A stretch of 64,000 bases of DNA from Octopus sinensis (lineage: Eukaryota). The notes under the pieces were generated by a model. It had not been told where the DNA came from and ran no database searches. It was given only the letters and a program-made list of their open reading frames with translations. The DNA lies in contig NC_043009.1 of the NCBI RefSeq assembly GCF_006345805.1, positions 52,886,001 through 52,950,000 on the forward strand, read 5' to 3'. The position numbers and the translations under genes are program-made. Shown piece by piece: positions 1 to 12,454 of the stretch. How positions within the stretch are numbered: the stretch's first letter is position 1; each line of letters starts with the position of its first letter.

Positions 1-652
1 GATGGCTGCACCAGGTTCCAGTCTTGATCTGGCAGAGTTTCTACAGCTGGATGCCCTTCCTAACGCCAACCACTCCGATAGTGTAGTGGGTGCTTTTTAC
101 GTGCCACCTGCACGGGGTCCAATCAGGCGGTACTGGCAATGACCTCGCTCAAATCTTTTTACACATGCCAACGATACAGGTGCCAGTGAAGCGACAATGG
201 TAACGATCATGCTCGAATGGTGCCCTTTTACGTGCCACGGGTACGGAAGCCAGTTGGCTGCTCTGGCAACGATCACAACGATCACGCTCGGGTGGTGTTC
301 TTGGCACCCTACTTGCACAGGCATAAGTGCCAGTAAGGCAACACTGGTAGCGATCATACTCAAATAGCCTCTCTGTCAATGATCACACTCATATGGTGCT
401 CTTTGCACCCCGCTAGCTCAGATGCCAGTCATCGAAATGATTTGATTTCGATTTTGATTTGATTTTGATTTTGATTTGATTTCATTTGCCTCAACAGGTC
501 TTCGCAAGCAAAGTTTAGTGACCAAAGAAGAAAAAGCTACACATAAGCGGGCTGGTTATGCTCCTGGCATAGGCCACGGGTTATGGTTTCATCTGGCTTG
601 CCGGATCTTCTCATGCACAGTATATTTCCAAAGGTCTCGGTCGCTAGTCATA
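1..652 (-). mobile_element. RTE LINE 3' fragment (ORF end plus 3' UTR), cut by the window edge
   Basis: Shares GGATGCCCTTCCTAACGCCAACCACTC and TTCCAAAGGTCTCGGTCGCT with the RTE copies at 46538 and 50788. Confidence 0.8.
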
Positions 653-2276
653 GGAACATCAAGTTAACATGTCATCATTGTTAACACTTAATGTCCATGT
701 TCCATGTTGGCATGGGTTGGATGGTTTGATAGAAACTGATGTGTACAAGGGCTGCATCAAGCTCCAATGTCTGTTATGGCATGATTTTTATGGCCGGATG
801 CCCTTCCTAACACCAGTCACTTTACAGCATAGACTGGATGCTTTTTTTGTGCCACCTACACTATTGAGGTCACCATACAGTTCACAGGACTACGGGCACT
901 GGAGTAGGTGAGGGACAGGACAGCTTCATCCTATGAGAGTTGGGGTAGAACAGGTTCCATGCGCAGATCCAGAGATCTGCATGGCTACTCACATCTAGTA
1001 TAGGGAAAAAAGGATGGTGGTGGTGGTGATGGGGAAATGATTAGTAGGAGCTGCAAGACATAGATAATGGTGATAAGGTACCCAGGTGGCCCCAGAAAGC
1101 ACAAGCTGAATCCAAGTTCTAAATCCTGACTCACTGTAGACCTGGCACTCACTTCCAAAACAGCCTGCAAATAAATAATCTTCTGGACTGTGTAATAAGA
1201 AGGGACAGAATAAGGACGAAAGTAATCCCATATTTAGGTGTATATACATGTTACTCTGATGGGTTTGAATTAGAGTGTAACTTTAAACTTTGAAAAATAA
1301 ATTATTGTCACTGCTCAGAAACACCACAAAATGTCAGCAAGAGATTGAAGATTAAAATGAGAACAAAGAATTTGGAAAGAGTTTAACCTTTAACATTCAG
1401 ATTACTCTGTCAAATGTAATGCTTATTTATCCTCATTATTTTGAATTAATCATTCATTATCTGGCAGCTTGCAGATTTTGATGATATAAAGGTTTATCTT
1501 TTATATAGGGAGAATTCACAAAAAAAAAGACGCAGACAGGTGGTGTAGACAACAAACAGATGTATTAGTTTAACGCTCGGGAAGTGGAAAAGTCTTAAAC
1601 GTTTCGAACCTACACTCTTCCACAGAAAGGAACACAGAAAGAAACAAGGAGAGAAAATAAAGAATGTGTAGAGGCTAGAAAAAAACTGAAGGACCACTGC
1701 AATAAGTGTGCGAATCTGAGAGGGGAAATATGTTCAATAAAATTATAATTAACTGATCCTCTCGTATTTTGCTTTGCCCAAAGCCAGGAACTTTTCAACA
1801 CCCCTTTATACATATATATATATCTCATCCTTTAATATATGGCAAGTAAAAAGCACCCAGTACACTATTAAGTGATTAGCATTAGGAAGGGCATCCAGCC
1901 ATAGAAACTAGGCCACAACAGACAACAGGAGTCTGGGCAGCTCCATGCCAAGCCGTCCAACCCATGCAAGCATGGAAAGCAGACATTAAATGATGATGAT
2001 GATTTTCTGCAAAGTGGTTGGTGATATGAAGAGTATCCAACTAAAAGAACTAAGCCAGATACACACAACAACAAAGTTTGCCAGTTTTCCCTATTATGGT
2101 GCATGTGCCCAGCAATGTCAGACGAGATGCTGTGACTCCTGGATGTAAAAATATTGATCGTGTATCACATCAACCACAGCTTATGCCAAGAAATCAAGCA
2201 AAAGCAATGCATGGCAACAGGTAGATGACAAATATGATGAAAGAGGAGGGATTTACTTAAAACAAAATGTCCTCAC

Positions 2277-2377
2277 CTTGATTGTGCCTCCAAATCCTGA
2301 ACCAACTTTTGATAAACCTTGTTTATTAAGAACATAAAGGTAACAGCCATCACTGGCTAGGGCACAAGGTGATGTAG
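2277..2377 (-). CDS. MYCBP2: MYCBP2 exon 7 (ATSPCALASDGCYLYVLNKQGLSKVGSGFGGTIK); the gene continues beyond the window start
   Basis: Acceptor TTGTTTATTTCAG, donor AAG|GTGAGG, 101 nt, phase 1 in. Matches recalled NDGFFLYLLCKDGLYKIGSGYSGTVR. Not in the ORF track; translated by hand. Confidence 0.93.
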
Positions 2378-2697
2378 CTGAAATAAACAAACGTACATAA
2401 CATTATTATATGTATATATCACAGTACATTATACTAAATCATATTATACAATGTATATCACATTATACAATATATATCATATATGATATATGTCTTTACA
2501 AATATACATACCACAGAGATTGTGTAGAGAGAGAAAGAGAGAAGGAAGAAAAGAAATGTTTGATCACTCAACAGCCACAACTTTTATAAGTACACACCAA
2601 CAGCTTTTACATGATTGTTTGACCAGCAAGAAATACCAACTAAATCTCCCTCAAATCACACCCTATCCTCTTACACAAAAAAATACATGGATAATAT

Positions 2698-2938
2698 GTT
2701 AGTTAGTTAGTTAATCTTTTGGCTCAAAAAGCAAAAAGCAAGGCCATGTAGGGGGACATGGAGTTATGTACAGGGTGGTGTTCATGTAAAGAGTTCAGGC
2801 CACTTGAGGTCAAGGGAGACTTTGAACCGAGCGGTCGTCGGCATCTTCACCATCTCGTCTGGCAGCTTATTCCACGGATCCGCAACCCGGACGGAGAAAG
2901 CCCCTTTCCTTCGATTGAGATGAAATCGTCGCAGGTAA
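2698..2938 (-). mobile_element. CR1-type LINE 3' end
   Basis: Translates to YLRRFHLNRRKGAFSVRVADPWNKLPDEMVKMPTTARFKVSLDLKW (CR1 ORF2 C-terminal pattern). (TAAC)n tail. CpGs retained, so probably young. Confidence 0.8.
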
Positions 2939-3493
2939 GATGGTCACAAACAGGATGGTTGCAGGTAGGAAGGTCACAAAGTCAAATGATCATAGACAAA
3001 ATGCCTATGATCACCTCTGATCATAGATAAATTTTGTCTGAACTGACATCAAGCTACAAAATGTTTTTCATTAACAGCATATAGCCACTGAAAACTGGGT
3101 GTGGCTATTGCCTTGTGACCCATCCTTTAATAATAACCACATCATCCTTTAACTGCAGTTCAGGGAGGAAGGGTAAACAGTTTATATTTTATGTCAGAAT
3201 CACGAAGACACTGCAAATGAAAGGTGTCATTTGTCTCAACAGACTGTTAATACTACTTTACAATGATAACTTTCTAATTCAGGCACTTCCAAACATCTGA
3301 CGAGTTGGCCATGTCATATGTGCCCACAAAACATTAAGTCATGTTGCACTGAATCAAACTTATCAAATACATGTAACTCCAACTGAATGTGTTGAGGGCT
3401 ACTTCCTTTCATTTGTTCATTCACTCCCCTCTCTCTCATATATATGTGTGTGTGTGTGTGTGTGTTGTGTGTGTGTGTGTGTGTGAATATATA

Positions 3494-3875
3494 CAGGCAG
3501 TGATGGGTAAATTGTCACCATTTTATATCTTTAAATTCTGGCACTGTTCGTTTTTGATTTTGTCGACTACAAAATATAGTAGGGTCAGTTGGGCACCATC
3601 TGTGAGCAAAACAGCACCATGACGCAATTTACTCTGCCAGAAATTTGGAAACGACATGTAGTACTGCTTGGCATTCATGCCAGAAGCTCCAATATGAACA
3701 TTTCAGAGTGTTTGGGTATCAATCTGAGGACAATGCAGAGAATTCTGAAAGAGATGGATTTTTAGTATTTCAAGATATTTTTATGTAATTTTGATTAAAA
3801 TATCTGTTAAAATGAGATGTCAGTGTCATTTTCATTTTTGTGTAATTTAGATGACAATTTATCAACTGCACCCTG
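3494..3875 (+). mobile_element. Internally deleted Tc1/mariner (maT-like) element
   Basis: TA-flanked, imperfect TIRs (CAGG...TAAATTGTCA). Encodes the transposase N-terminus (MTQFTLPEIWKRH...MNISECLGINLRT) fused to the same 3' end as the copy at 36064. Confidence 0.85.
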
Positions 3876-4602
3876 TATGTGTGTGTGGGTATACACACAC
3901 TTTCAGCTTTCAGGCAGCAAGTTGGCAGAGGTCTCAGAGTGTGTCAGATAGAATACTTTGTATTCATTTCAACTTTCTCTGCTCCATCTTCAAGTCTTGC
4001 AAAGGTTAAATCTTTTTGGGGCTGATAAAATAATAAATCAGTACTGGGGTTAACTCTCCTCTCTCTCTGGAACAAATCAGCTGGGTGAAGATCTAAAGGG
4101 AAAAAGGTTCTGGCATCTTTAGATGCTCATGACATGCCATATGTTATAACAGTACCCTTACAACTTTATCAGGGGTTGAAGGCCAAAGAACTCAAAAAGG
4201 AAGGAATCACAATTATATATTCTTTTACTAATTTCAGTCATCAGACTGCAGAAATACTGAGGCACAGCCTTCAGGAGTTTATTCAATTGTGCAAAACCCC
4301 AGCTGTAGTGCTTATTTTAGTGCCCCATAGTCTATTCATCAAATTGCTATGTTACATAACAAAAGGACACAATGTGCTACTAGGAATCATACACACAAAC
4401 ATGAAACAAGGCCTAGATATTTCCGTGTTCAAATCCTATGTACAAGACGTTGGTCAAAACAGGGCTATGACAAAAGACACTGCAGTGCGGTTGACTAAGC
4501 AATCATGTATTCGCAAAACAAATTTCTCAACTTTACAGTTATACCTGCATCTATAATTTTGTTGCTGCTTCTACATATCAGAGTTTAATGAAAAGAACTT
4601 AC

Positions 4603-4753
4603 CAGAAATCTTCTGTCGAGACACACTGTCTAATTTGAAAGAAGCAGCCAACGCCTTAACTTTTACACCTTGACTCAACCATTCTGGTAACTGCGCTTTA
4701 CCATGTAACACAGCATGAACACTCTTTTGTAGGGAGGTAAGAATGTTAGATAC
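4603..4753 (-). CDS. MYCBP2: MYCBP2 exon 6 (VSNILTSLQKSVHAVLHGKAQLPEWLSQGVKVKALAASFKLDSVSRQKIS)
   Basis: Acceptor TTTTACCTTTGCAG, donor G|GTAAGT, 151 nt. Matches recalled VPTILNSLQRSVQAVLVGKIQIQDWFSNGIK. Confidence 0.95.
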
Positions 4754-5512
4754 CTGCAAAGGTAAAAAAAAGGTAAAATAAAATCACAAAGTGAGAGAGA
4801 TTGGTAAAACAAGAGAGACAGAGAGATATGTGCATGTGTGTGTTTATTTGCTCATTTGTCTCTGCAGCTGTTTTTCTGTGCCAGCATCGGTTTCATGGAT
4901 AATTTATTGAAGCATTATTTAACAAACAGAAGCTTTTTGTATTGCTTACTCTTAACTTTTTTCCAAATCAGGGATCTTTTATTTCATGTCTTCAGGAGCA
5001 CAAAGCTAATGGCTGATTCATTTGACAGGGAAAATGACAACATCACTAGCAATTTTTGGAGAAGTGCAAATGTAAACAAACATAAACATACACACACACA
5101 ACAGGCCTTTTTCAATTTCTAGTTGACCAAATCAACTCACGTTTATGTGTGTATCAATATGTATTTATTTGTGTGTAAGTCTCACCTGCTAGTTTAATGT
5201 AAAATTTTGGTACAAAATTTTCTTTCCTTCATAGTTTTAGCTTTCTCCACATAAGTTACATCCCAGTTTGTAGATAAAATTCAGTGTAAAATAGTGTGAC
5301 TTATACACAGGCAAACACAGTGTGTATGTAATGTGTGTGTGAGTCTGTGTGTGTGTGTATGTATATATATACATATATATATATATGCGTGCGTACACTC
5401 GCATGTTACATACATATTGTATTTACCTGTGTATAAGTCACTATTTTGCACCTGATTTTATCAGTAAACTGAGGTGCAACTTATATATTTCCATATATGT
5501 ATGGGAAGAGAC

Positions 5513-5573
<61 letters not shown>

Positions 5574-5847
5574 TGTGTGTAAAGCAGAAAGATAAGGATA
5601 TATAGAGAAGCAGATTGGCTTTATTTGAACAGACAACACACAAGAACAACAGATGGCTTAAAGAATTCTGGAACCATTCAAAAGACAAGCCAACAAGTGA
5701 CTATATGATTATGCAACCTGCTAGAATTAGCAGCTAAATCTCACCCAATCTCACAAAAAAAAAAAAAAAAGAAAAACGAAAAGAAGAATCACACTCTACT
5801 GCCAGCGATTTCCACTATTAAAGTATTCGAATTATATAAACACTCAC

Positions 5848-6050
5848 CGGAATTGTTTGGCCACACACTGGATTCGTGTTCATGAGCATGACACCAATGG
5901 CAGAAAGGTACTTGCCGGTATCGCCCCATGCTATCACCAAACTGATGAGCGCTGCACAGGCAAGCGACGTCAATGTGTTGCTAAGCTCTAATGAGATGTT
6001 ATTCAAGCCCTGACCTGTCGTTAGGTCCATCATCAGTTGAAACATTCCAT
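5848..6050 (-). CDS. MYCBP2: MYCBP2 exon 5 (DGMFQLMMDLTT...LTSLACAALISLVIAWGDTGKYLSAI...CGQTIP)
   Basis: Acceptor CTGTTTCCAG, donor CCG|GTGAGT, 203 nt, phase 1 in and phase 0 out. Matches recalled LTALSCACLFSLVASWGETGRTLQAI. Confidence 0.95.
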
Positions 6051-6114
6051 CTGGAAACAGAAAAGAGAAAAATAAAAGTTAGCAAAAAGAAAAAAAAAAG
6101 AAGAAAGTAAATCA

Positions 6115-6290
6115 GGCGCAGGAGTGGCTGTGTGTGTAAGTAGCTTGCTAACCAACCACATGGTTCTGGGTTCAGTACCACTGCGTGGCACCTTGGGCAA
6201 GTGTCTTCTACTATAGCCTCGGGCCGACCAAAGCCTTGTGAGTGGATTTGGTAGACGGAAACTGAAAGAAGCCTGTCGTATATATATGTG

Positions 6291-6337
<47 letters not shown>

Positions 6338-6540
6338 ATGTGTATCTGTGTTTGTCCCCCTAGCATTACTTGACAACCGATGCTGGTGTGTTTACGTCCC
6401 CATCACTTAGCGGTTCGGCAAAAGAGACCGATAGAATAAGTACTGGGCTTACAAAGAATAAGTCCCGGGGTCGATTTGCTCGACAAAAGGCAGTGCTCCA
6501 GCATGGCCGCAGTCAAATGACTGAAACAAGTAAAAGAGAG
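6115..6540 (+). mobile_element. tRNA-derived SINE family A (internal (TA)n(TG)n spacer)
   Basis: A/B-box-like TGGCTGTGTG..GGTTCAGT, CORE-like CCTTGGGCAAGTG, tail GGTGCTCCAGCATGGCCGCAG...GTAAAAGAG. Many copies in the window. Confidence 0.9.
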
Positions 6541-7203
6541 AGAGATTATTTTGAATTGTATATATGAAGGTGCATGGTCAAGGAGTTAGGGTGTTCCAGT
6601 TTATGTTCATAAGGTGGTGGGTTCTAACTACTGGACTGGCTGGTTCATCGTGTCCTTAAGCAAGGCACTTTGTTTCATTTTGCCTCAGTCTGTTCAGCAG
6701 TAAATGAGCACTAACTGCCGTACTAGTGCAGCTCTCTCTCTCTCTCTCTCTCTTCCCAGATGTGTCATCTGAAATGTTCCGAATGCTAAAGAGTGAGGCG
6801 GCCAAGAGAATGTCCATGTCTGCTCATGAATACAAAGACATTTGAAGCAATTATCAAAACTATGGTACAGGCTGATGAGTCATATTCCCACACAAGTGAA
6901 AGCTGACTGTACGGTACTTTAAAACATAGCAGCAGCAGGAGGAGGAGGGGAGAAAAGCCACCAAATATTGACGATAAATCCCTATCAAAGGATTAAGATT
7001 AATCTATGCAGGTAACAGCTTCACTGGAGTCAAGCTACTCTGCAATGTAGTGCACATTGTAAGGTTGTCATGGATAGATCCACAGCAAATTGTGCAGGTC
7101 TGTTTGCTCTTAACCACATGATCAGTAACAAGGGCTAAAATGCAATATGAAAAAAAGAAAAAGAAAAAGAAAGAAAAGAAAGACAAAGAAGTCTATAGTT
7201 AAC

Positions 7204-7357
7204 CTAAAACTTCTGCTGGTTCTCCTTTCATGCTTTCTGGTAACTGTCCTTGCAGAAGGTCCAGAAGAGCTTTTAAGGCCTTCACACAAAGTTCTGGATA
7301 TTGTTTCTGAGTTTCTCGCACCAGTTCAAACACCACATTGAGACCCATACCAACAAT
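7204..7357 (-). CDS. MYCBP2: MYCBP2 exon 4 (IVGMGLNVVFELVRETQKQYPELCVKALKALLDLLQGQLPESMKGEPAEVL)
   Basis: Acceptor TTCAATTTCAG, donor G|GTTAAC, 154 nt. Matches recalled IIEVGLCEVFELIKET...LCLRSLQALLNVLQGQQPEGLQSEPPEVL. Confidence 0.95.
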
Positions 7358-8289
7358 CTGAAATTGAAGAAAAACAACAAGATGAAATGATGGTGCCAGT
7401 GATGATAATGATAGCAATGATGATGATGAGAAGGAGGATATTTCTGCACAAATATGCTTCCTTTTAGTTGAATTAATTTTTAAAACGAAGAATTCAAAAA
7501 AATAACATTGTCATAAGCAAGCTGGTGCTTGAAACATAAATTATCACCATAATTTAGATGGAGGGTTCCAATTCAATGTATTTCAGACCAACATTTACAG
7601 CTAAAACAAATCTCAGTCAACTTATACACCAAGGCAACTTCAGCAGATTAAATATTCCATGTGAAATGCAGCAAGATTTGGAAAGACAGTGACAATGTTT
7701 TTAATGTTTAAATTACAATTTTTACTACACTGTACATACTATAATGACTAGTATGCCAGAAAATACAGGGTATCACTTTAAAATAGGAATGGTTTCAGAT
7801 GGGTTTATGTCAAAAGAGCCAGGTATGGGAAAATGATGAAAGCCACTAATGATGCAATATGTAAAGAAAAATAGATAAGTTTATTCAATTGGAATAGACC
7901 TTATAGGTCCTAATAAAGTGATACAATTACTGATGGGTTTGGAAACTATATATTCTTTGCAAAGCACTACAGCCACCACATACAGTTTGCAAGACAATTC
8001 TAATGCTGATATCCATTTCACAAACATATACAGACTCGTCATATATATATATGTGCTCACACACACATACATAAGCTTACAAATGTGTATATTGCACAAA
8101 TACATAGATTTATAAACACGGACCTCTCTCACATGCCCTGCACAGCCACAAAACTCAACGCTAAGCTCCCACAAAGATATGATTCATGTAGAACATACAC
8201 ATAACCGGACATACTCATATGACTACAGATGCACTCAGACCACCATGCAACCAGACAGATGCATGCATGCACACAAACACACACCCAAA

Positions 8290-8700
8290 CAATCACAAAC
8301 ATGCAGAGATACCCACCCACACACAGGCAACCATCAAGACACGCACACAGGCAACCATCGAGACATGCATACAGTCAACCATCAACACACACGCACACAC
8401 ACATAGACAACCATCGACACACATGCACAGGCAACCATCGACACACACGCACAGGCAACAATTGACACACGCACAGGCAACCATCGACACACACGCAACC
8501 GTCGACACACACGCACAGGCAACCATCGACACCCATCAAGACACACACACAAAGACAACCATCGACACACACACACACAAAGACAACCATTGTCACATAC
8601 ACACACAGGCAACCATCGACACACAAAGACAACCATCGATACACACACACACAAAGACAACCATCGACACACACACACAAAGACAACCATTCACAAACAC
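8290..8700. repeat. Minisatellite of about 20-25 bp units (CACACAGGCAACCATCGACA / CACAAAGACAACCATCGACA)
   Basis: More than 12 visible units. Source of several spurious H/T/C/V-rich ORFs. Confidence 0.9.
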
Positions 8701-8739
8701 ACAAACAATAAGAGAAACAAATAGCTGCATTACACAAAC

Positions 8740-8967
8740 CTTTGGTATCTGAAGTAACTGGCCATCTTTTACGATGTCTTCGCTTTCTTCCTCCTCCGAG
8801 TCTGACGTCGGCACACCGTTCACCTGGTGAAACATCCATGCTGCCTCCTTGATACAGTGTTCCAATACCGAGTAGCGGACGTTTGCAAACACCGAGAATG
8901 CAGACGGGTTGCCACTGAGTTCGATGTTTGGCAGCTGAATCTCCAGTGGCTCGGGACTTTTGTCTCT
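8740..8967 (-). CDS. MYCBP2: MYCBP2 exon 3 (RDKSPEPLEIQLPNIELSGNPSAFSVFANVRYSVLE...DSEEEESE...QIPK)
   Basis: 228 nt, acceptor TTTTTTCCAAACAG, donor AAG|GTTTGT. Matches recalled human IPDIKLHSNPSAFNIYCNVRHCVLE...SDSDEEEES...KLPK. Confidence 0.95.
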
Positions 8968-9449
8968 CTGTTTGGAAAAAACATAACGCACCTGTACAGT
9001 GGCGGAGGTTTTCCGGCAGGTGTGCAACAGTGCCGTTAATTAAATTGGGTGTATTTTCATTTATTTACATTTGTTTATTCTACATTTATTGGCAGCGGAA
9101 CATTTCTTTGTATTTTATACTCTTAAATTACATTTGGTAAAAAAAAAAAAAAAGAAAATGAAACAGGTGGTATAGGGGTGGAGTTATGGAAATGGAGAGT
9201 ACTTTTATTGTTGCTGTTGTTGCTGCTGTTTAACCCTAGGTCAAAACCCTGATCCATCAATCCTATGATCAAAGTCATTCCAGCCATGGCCATCCTATCA
9301 TATTTTCAGATAAAATACACATACCTCAATACACCAAAGTGTCTTTCCATTCTTCAAGATAAGATGGTCTAAGTTGGAGATTTGACTGCTATTTCTAGGA
9401 TAGTGTGCAACCATATAAAAGTAGCTTTGTTTTGGTATTATGAATTTTT

Positions 9450-9792
9450 ATCTTATCTTTTACTTGTTTCAATCATTGGACTGTAGCCATGCTGGAGTAC
9501 TGCCTTGAAAGGTTTAAGATTTAATCAAATAGATCACCCCCAGGACTTACGTTTTAGGTCTGGTACATTTTCTGGCAGTCTCTTTCACTGAACCTTTAAA
9601 TTATAGGAATGTAGACAAACCTACACTGGCTGTCAATGGGGGTGACAAACACACACACACATACATGATGGGATTCCACATAGTTTCCATATACCAAATT
9701 CATCCATAAGGCACTGATCGGCTTGGGATTACAGTAGGAAACACTTGTCTAAGATGCTGTGCAGTGGGACTGAACTCAAACCCACATGGTTT
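9450..9792 (-). mobile_element. Older SINE family A copy (similar relics near 14085, 24680, 26670, 33480, 34315, 37105)
   Basis: Diverged but colinear with the reverse complement of family A. Confidence 0.7.
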
Positions 9793-10063
9793 GTATCTAG
9801 CCTTATGCTTTACCACTTCTGATACTATATCATAAAAGCCTCCCAGCATGGAAAGTGAATGTAAAATTATAAGGATTATGACGGAGTTGCCTTATTTTGT
9901 AACAGTATAACCCCTGAACCACACCTAATCAGGTTCATCAATGGTATCCCAGCTTTTTGCTGATGAAGGACTTCATTATCCCAGATGTCACTTTTTTTTA
10001 ATGTAGAGTGTGATTTTAGGGAGATTTGGCTGATATTTCTATCAATCGAACAACCCAGTAGAA

Positions 10064-10776
10064 CAGTACTTCTCAACCAGGGTCCATATAAGATTCTGTC
10101 ATTAAAACTTATGAGCAATAAATTGCTTGTATTTCTATAATGCACAAAATATTTAAACATTTTTTTAAACAATTCCTAATAATATCTAATCATAAAAATA
10201 TAATTTTTAGACATCAATTGACTACCATAAATCCTCGAGTATAATCCGCATTTGTATCCCAAATTTTAAAGGTCAAAATCCCTAGTGCATACTATATACG
10301 AGGTTAAAAATGAAAATTATTTTCTAGGCAATGTTCGAGTCTCTATTTGCTGTCCGGCAATGTTTATTCAGACACATTTTGTGATGTTGGCTGCGAAAAT
10401 ACCTTAAATCATCCATAACTTGCAGTAAGCAACATTTATTAAACGTTATTACCGTTATTACTGTTATTTCTTTATTTTCTGCAAACAAAACGCACAAAAA
10501 AGCTACATGTTTGCATTGTTATATATACAATAATAATAAAGGATGTTACCATATACATTTTTACAAACCAAGGACGTTATATAGACCTCCTTGACTCAAG
10601 TTAGCGAAGGGGTGCGTATTATACACAAGGTTTGGGTTTTTCAGAGGTACAGCTCCCTAAAAATCCCCTGCGTATTATACTCAAGGGCGGACTATACTCG
10701 AGGATTTACGGTATATGGATCCTCCTACGAGATTAAAATAGAAATCTATAGGCAAAAAAATGGTTCAGAATAACTG
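10064..10776. mobile_element. hAT-like MITE containing a nested element
   Basis: Ends CAGTACTTCTCAACC / GGTTCAGAATAACTG. 8-bp TSD CAGTAGAA / CTGTAGAA. Confidence 0.75.
10225..10711. mobile_element. Tc2/pogo-like non-autonomous DNA transposon
   Basis: 25-bp TIRs CC(A/G)TAAATCCTCGAGTATA(A/G)TCCGC with 2 mismatches. TA on both sides. Confidence 0.9.
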
Positions 10777-10854
10777 CTGTAGAAGCTGGAACATTGGCAT
10801 AAGGCTAGATATTTCAGGCGAAAGAATACAGCTCAGTAAATCAACTCCAGTATT

Positions 10855-11163
10855 TGTTGTTGTTTGTTCCTTCTCAAGCCATGCCTGGCTCATAAGGGCC
10901 GGTTTCCCGGTTTCTTGGCGTATAGGTTCCCCACCTGGACGGGACGCCGGTCCGTCACAGGTGAGCTGCAAGATGCAGGAGGAAAGAGTGAGAGAAAGTT
11001 GTGGCAAAAGAATCAGCAGAAGTTTTGCCATTACCTTCTGCCGGAGCCGCGTGGAGCTTAGATGTTTCGCTCATAAACATACACATCGTCCAATCTGAGA
11101 TTCGAACCAGCGATCCCTCAACCGCGAGTCCGCTGCTCTAACCGTTAGGCCATGTGCCTCCAC
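10855..11163 (-). mobile_element. tRNA-derived SINE family B
   Basis: Head TGGCCTAACGGTTAGAGC...GGTTCGAATC, V-domain-like TGTGACGGACCGGCGTCCCGTCCAGG, (AAC)n-like tail. Confidence 0.8.
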
Positions 11164-12454
11164 AACCCCGGTATATGACTCACATTTTATTATTTTCATC
11201 ACAAAATAATCAAAGATAATGCCTCTCTTTCCTACTTTAGGCCCTCTATGCTTGGCACAAAGCGCCAACCACCTAAAAACTGCACAGTCACTCTGTGAAG
11301 GGGGTCTTGTTTTACATAGTAGCACAGGTGCCACAAAAAAAAGAGCACCTAGGGCACTCTAAGGTGGTTGGCTTTATGAAGGGCATCCAATAAGAGAAAC
11401 CTTGCCAAAGCAGACAATGAATTCTATTAAACCATCTAACCCAAGCAGGCATGGAACACAGACATTAAACAATAATGCTGATGATATAAATGTTGATCAC
11501 ATGAAGATTTGAACCCAGAACATAAATGAATGCCCGTCTGGTATTAAGCTGTAACTAATATATTTTACTTACTGCTAAATACTGTCACAATTTTTTCTTC
11601 TTTTAATGATTAAACAACATCCTGATAATCAACTTGTCTTGCTATTATCTCTGTTTTTATACTAAATATTGATACTATGCGAACATGATATACTGATTAA
11701 GACTACTGCAACAACATTCTATTATGAATAGAGGTTTCTAGTTCAAATCTAGCAAAGTATATGCTTGTAAGAAAAGGTTATTTTAAGATGACTGGGCTAT
11801 AATCCAATCAGACAGTGGTATACAGAGTGAAGCAAACAGAGAGACAGACAAAGAGGTGTGTGTGTGTATTATACATATATATACATAAATATATTATATA
11901 CAACAGAAGCAGCATTAGATTAAAATAGCCATCTATGTATCATAATATAAATACATTGCAATAAAGCAAATTTACTATGGTAGCCTTTGCAGAGATAATA
12001 TACTTTATGGACATGCAATATATAAGAAAAGCAGGGGAAAATCATCCAGCAGCAATAGCGAGAATGCTGGATGCGCATTTCTGCCTCATTAGACATCGTT
12101 AGTTGCATGTACTCACTGCCAATCATATGCTAGAACAAAATCCATTGCTACTGATATAAAAAAAAATGGTGAAAATGTGACTGAACAATCACTGGTGTTG
12201 GAATAAGGTATCTGGCTGAATAAAAAATCCGTTATATGCAATGGAAGCAGTGCTAAGTTAAGATAGGTAAATGTGTATCATACTTAATGTAAATACATTG
12301 TGAAAAGACAAATTAACTGTGGTATTTGTCTATAAATGGTATCTTATGAACATTCTGTGTTTAAAAACAATATATAGTTACAAGGTACTTACATTAAGCA
12401 TGACCTACAGATAGCTAAATATATAAATATATATGTATATATATAAACACATAC

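Noticed and set aside
985-1170. Possible next MYCBP2 exon after the acceptor TTATTTGCAG near 1165
   Set aside because: No frame resembles the expected GHIYN...WLGYAQ continuation, and the candidate donor lies at a repeat edge. The next exon is probably outside the window.
5288-5447. About 26-bp inverted repeat around a microsatellite
   Set aside because: Looks like termini of decayed Tc2-like fragments. No further structure.
8179-8839. Overlapping 75-177 aa ORFs
   Set aside because: Products of the minisatellite. Only 8740-8967 is coding.
2277-8967. Assignment to HECTD4 rather than MYCBP2
   Set aside because: HECTD4 has a related N-terminal region, but the NPSAF..NVR, QGQ.PE and WGDTG motifs and the lysine-rich exon match MYCBP2/Highwire.
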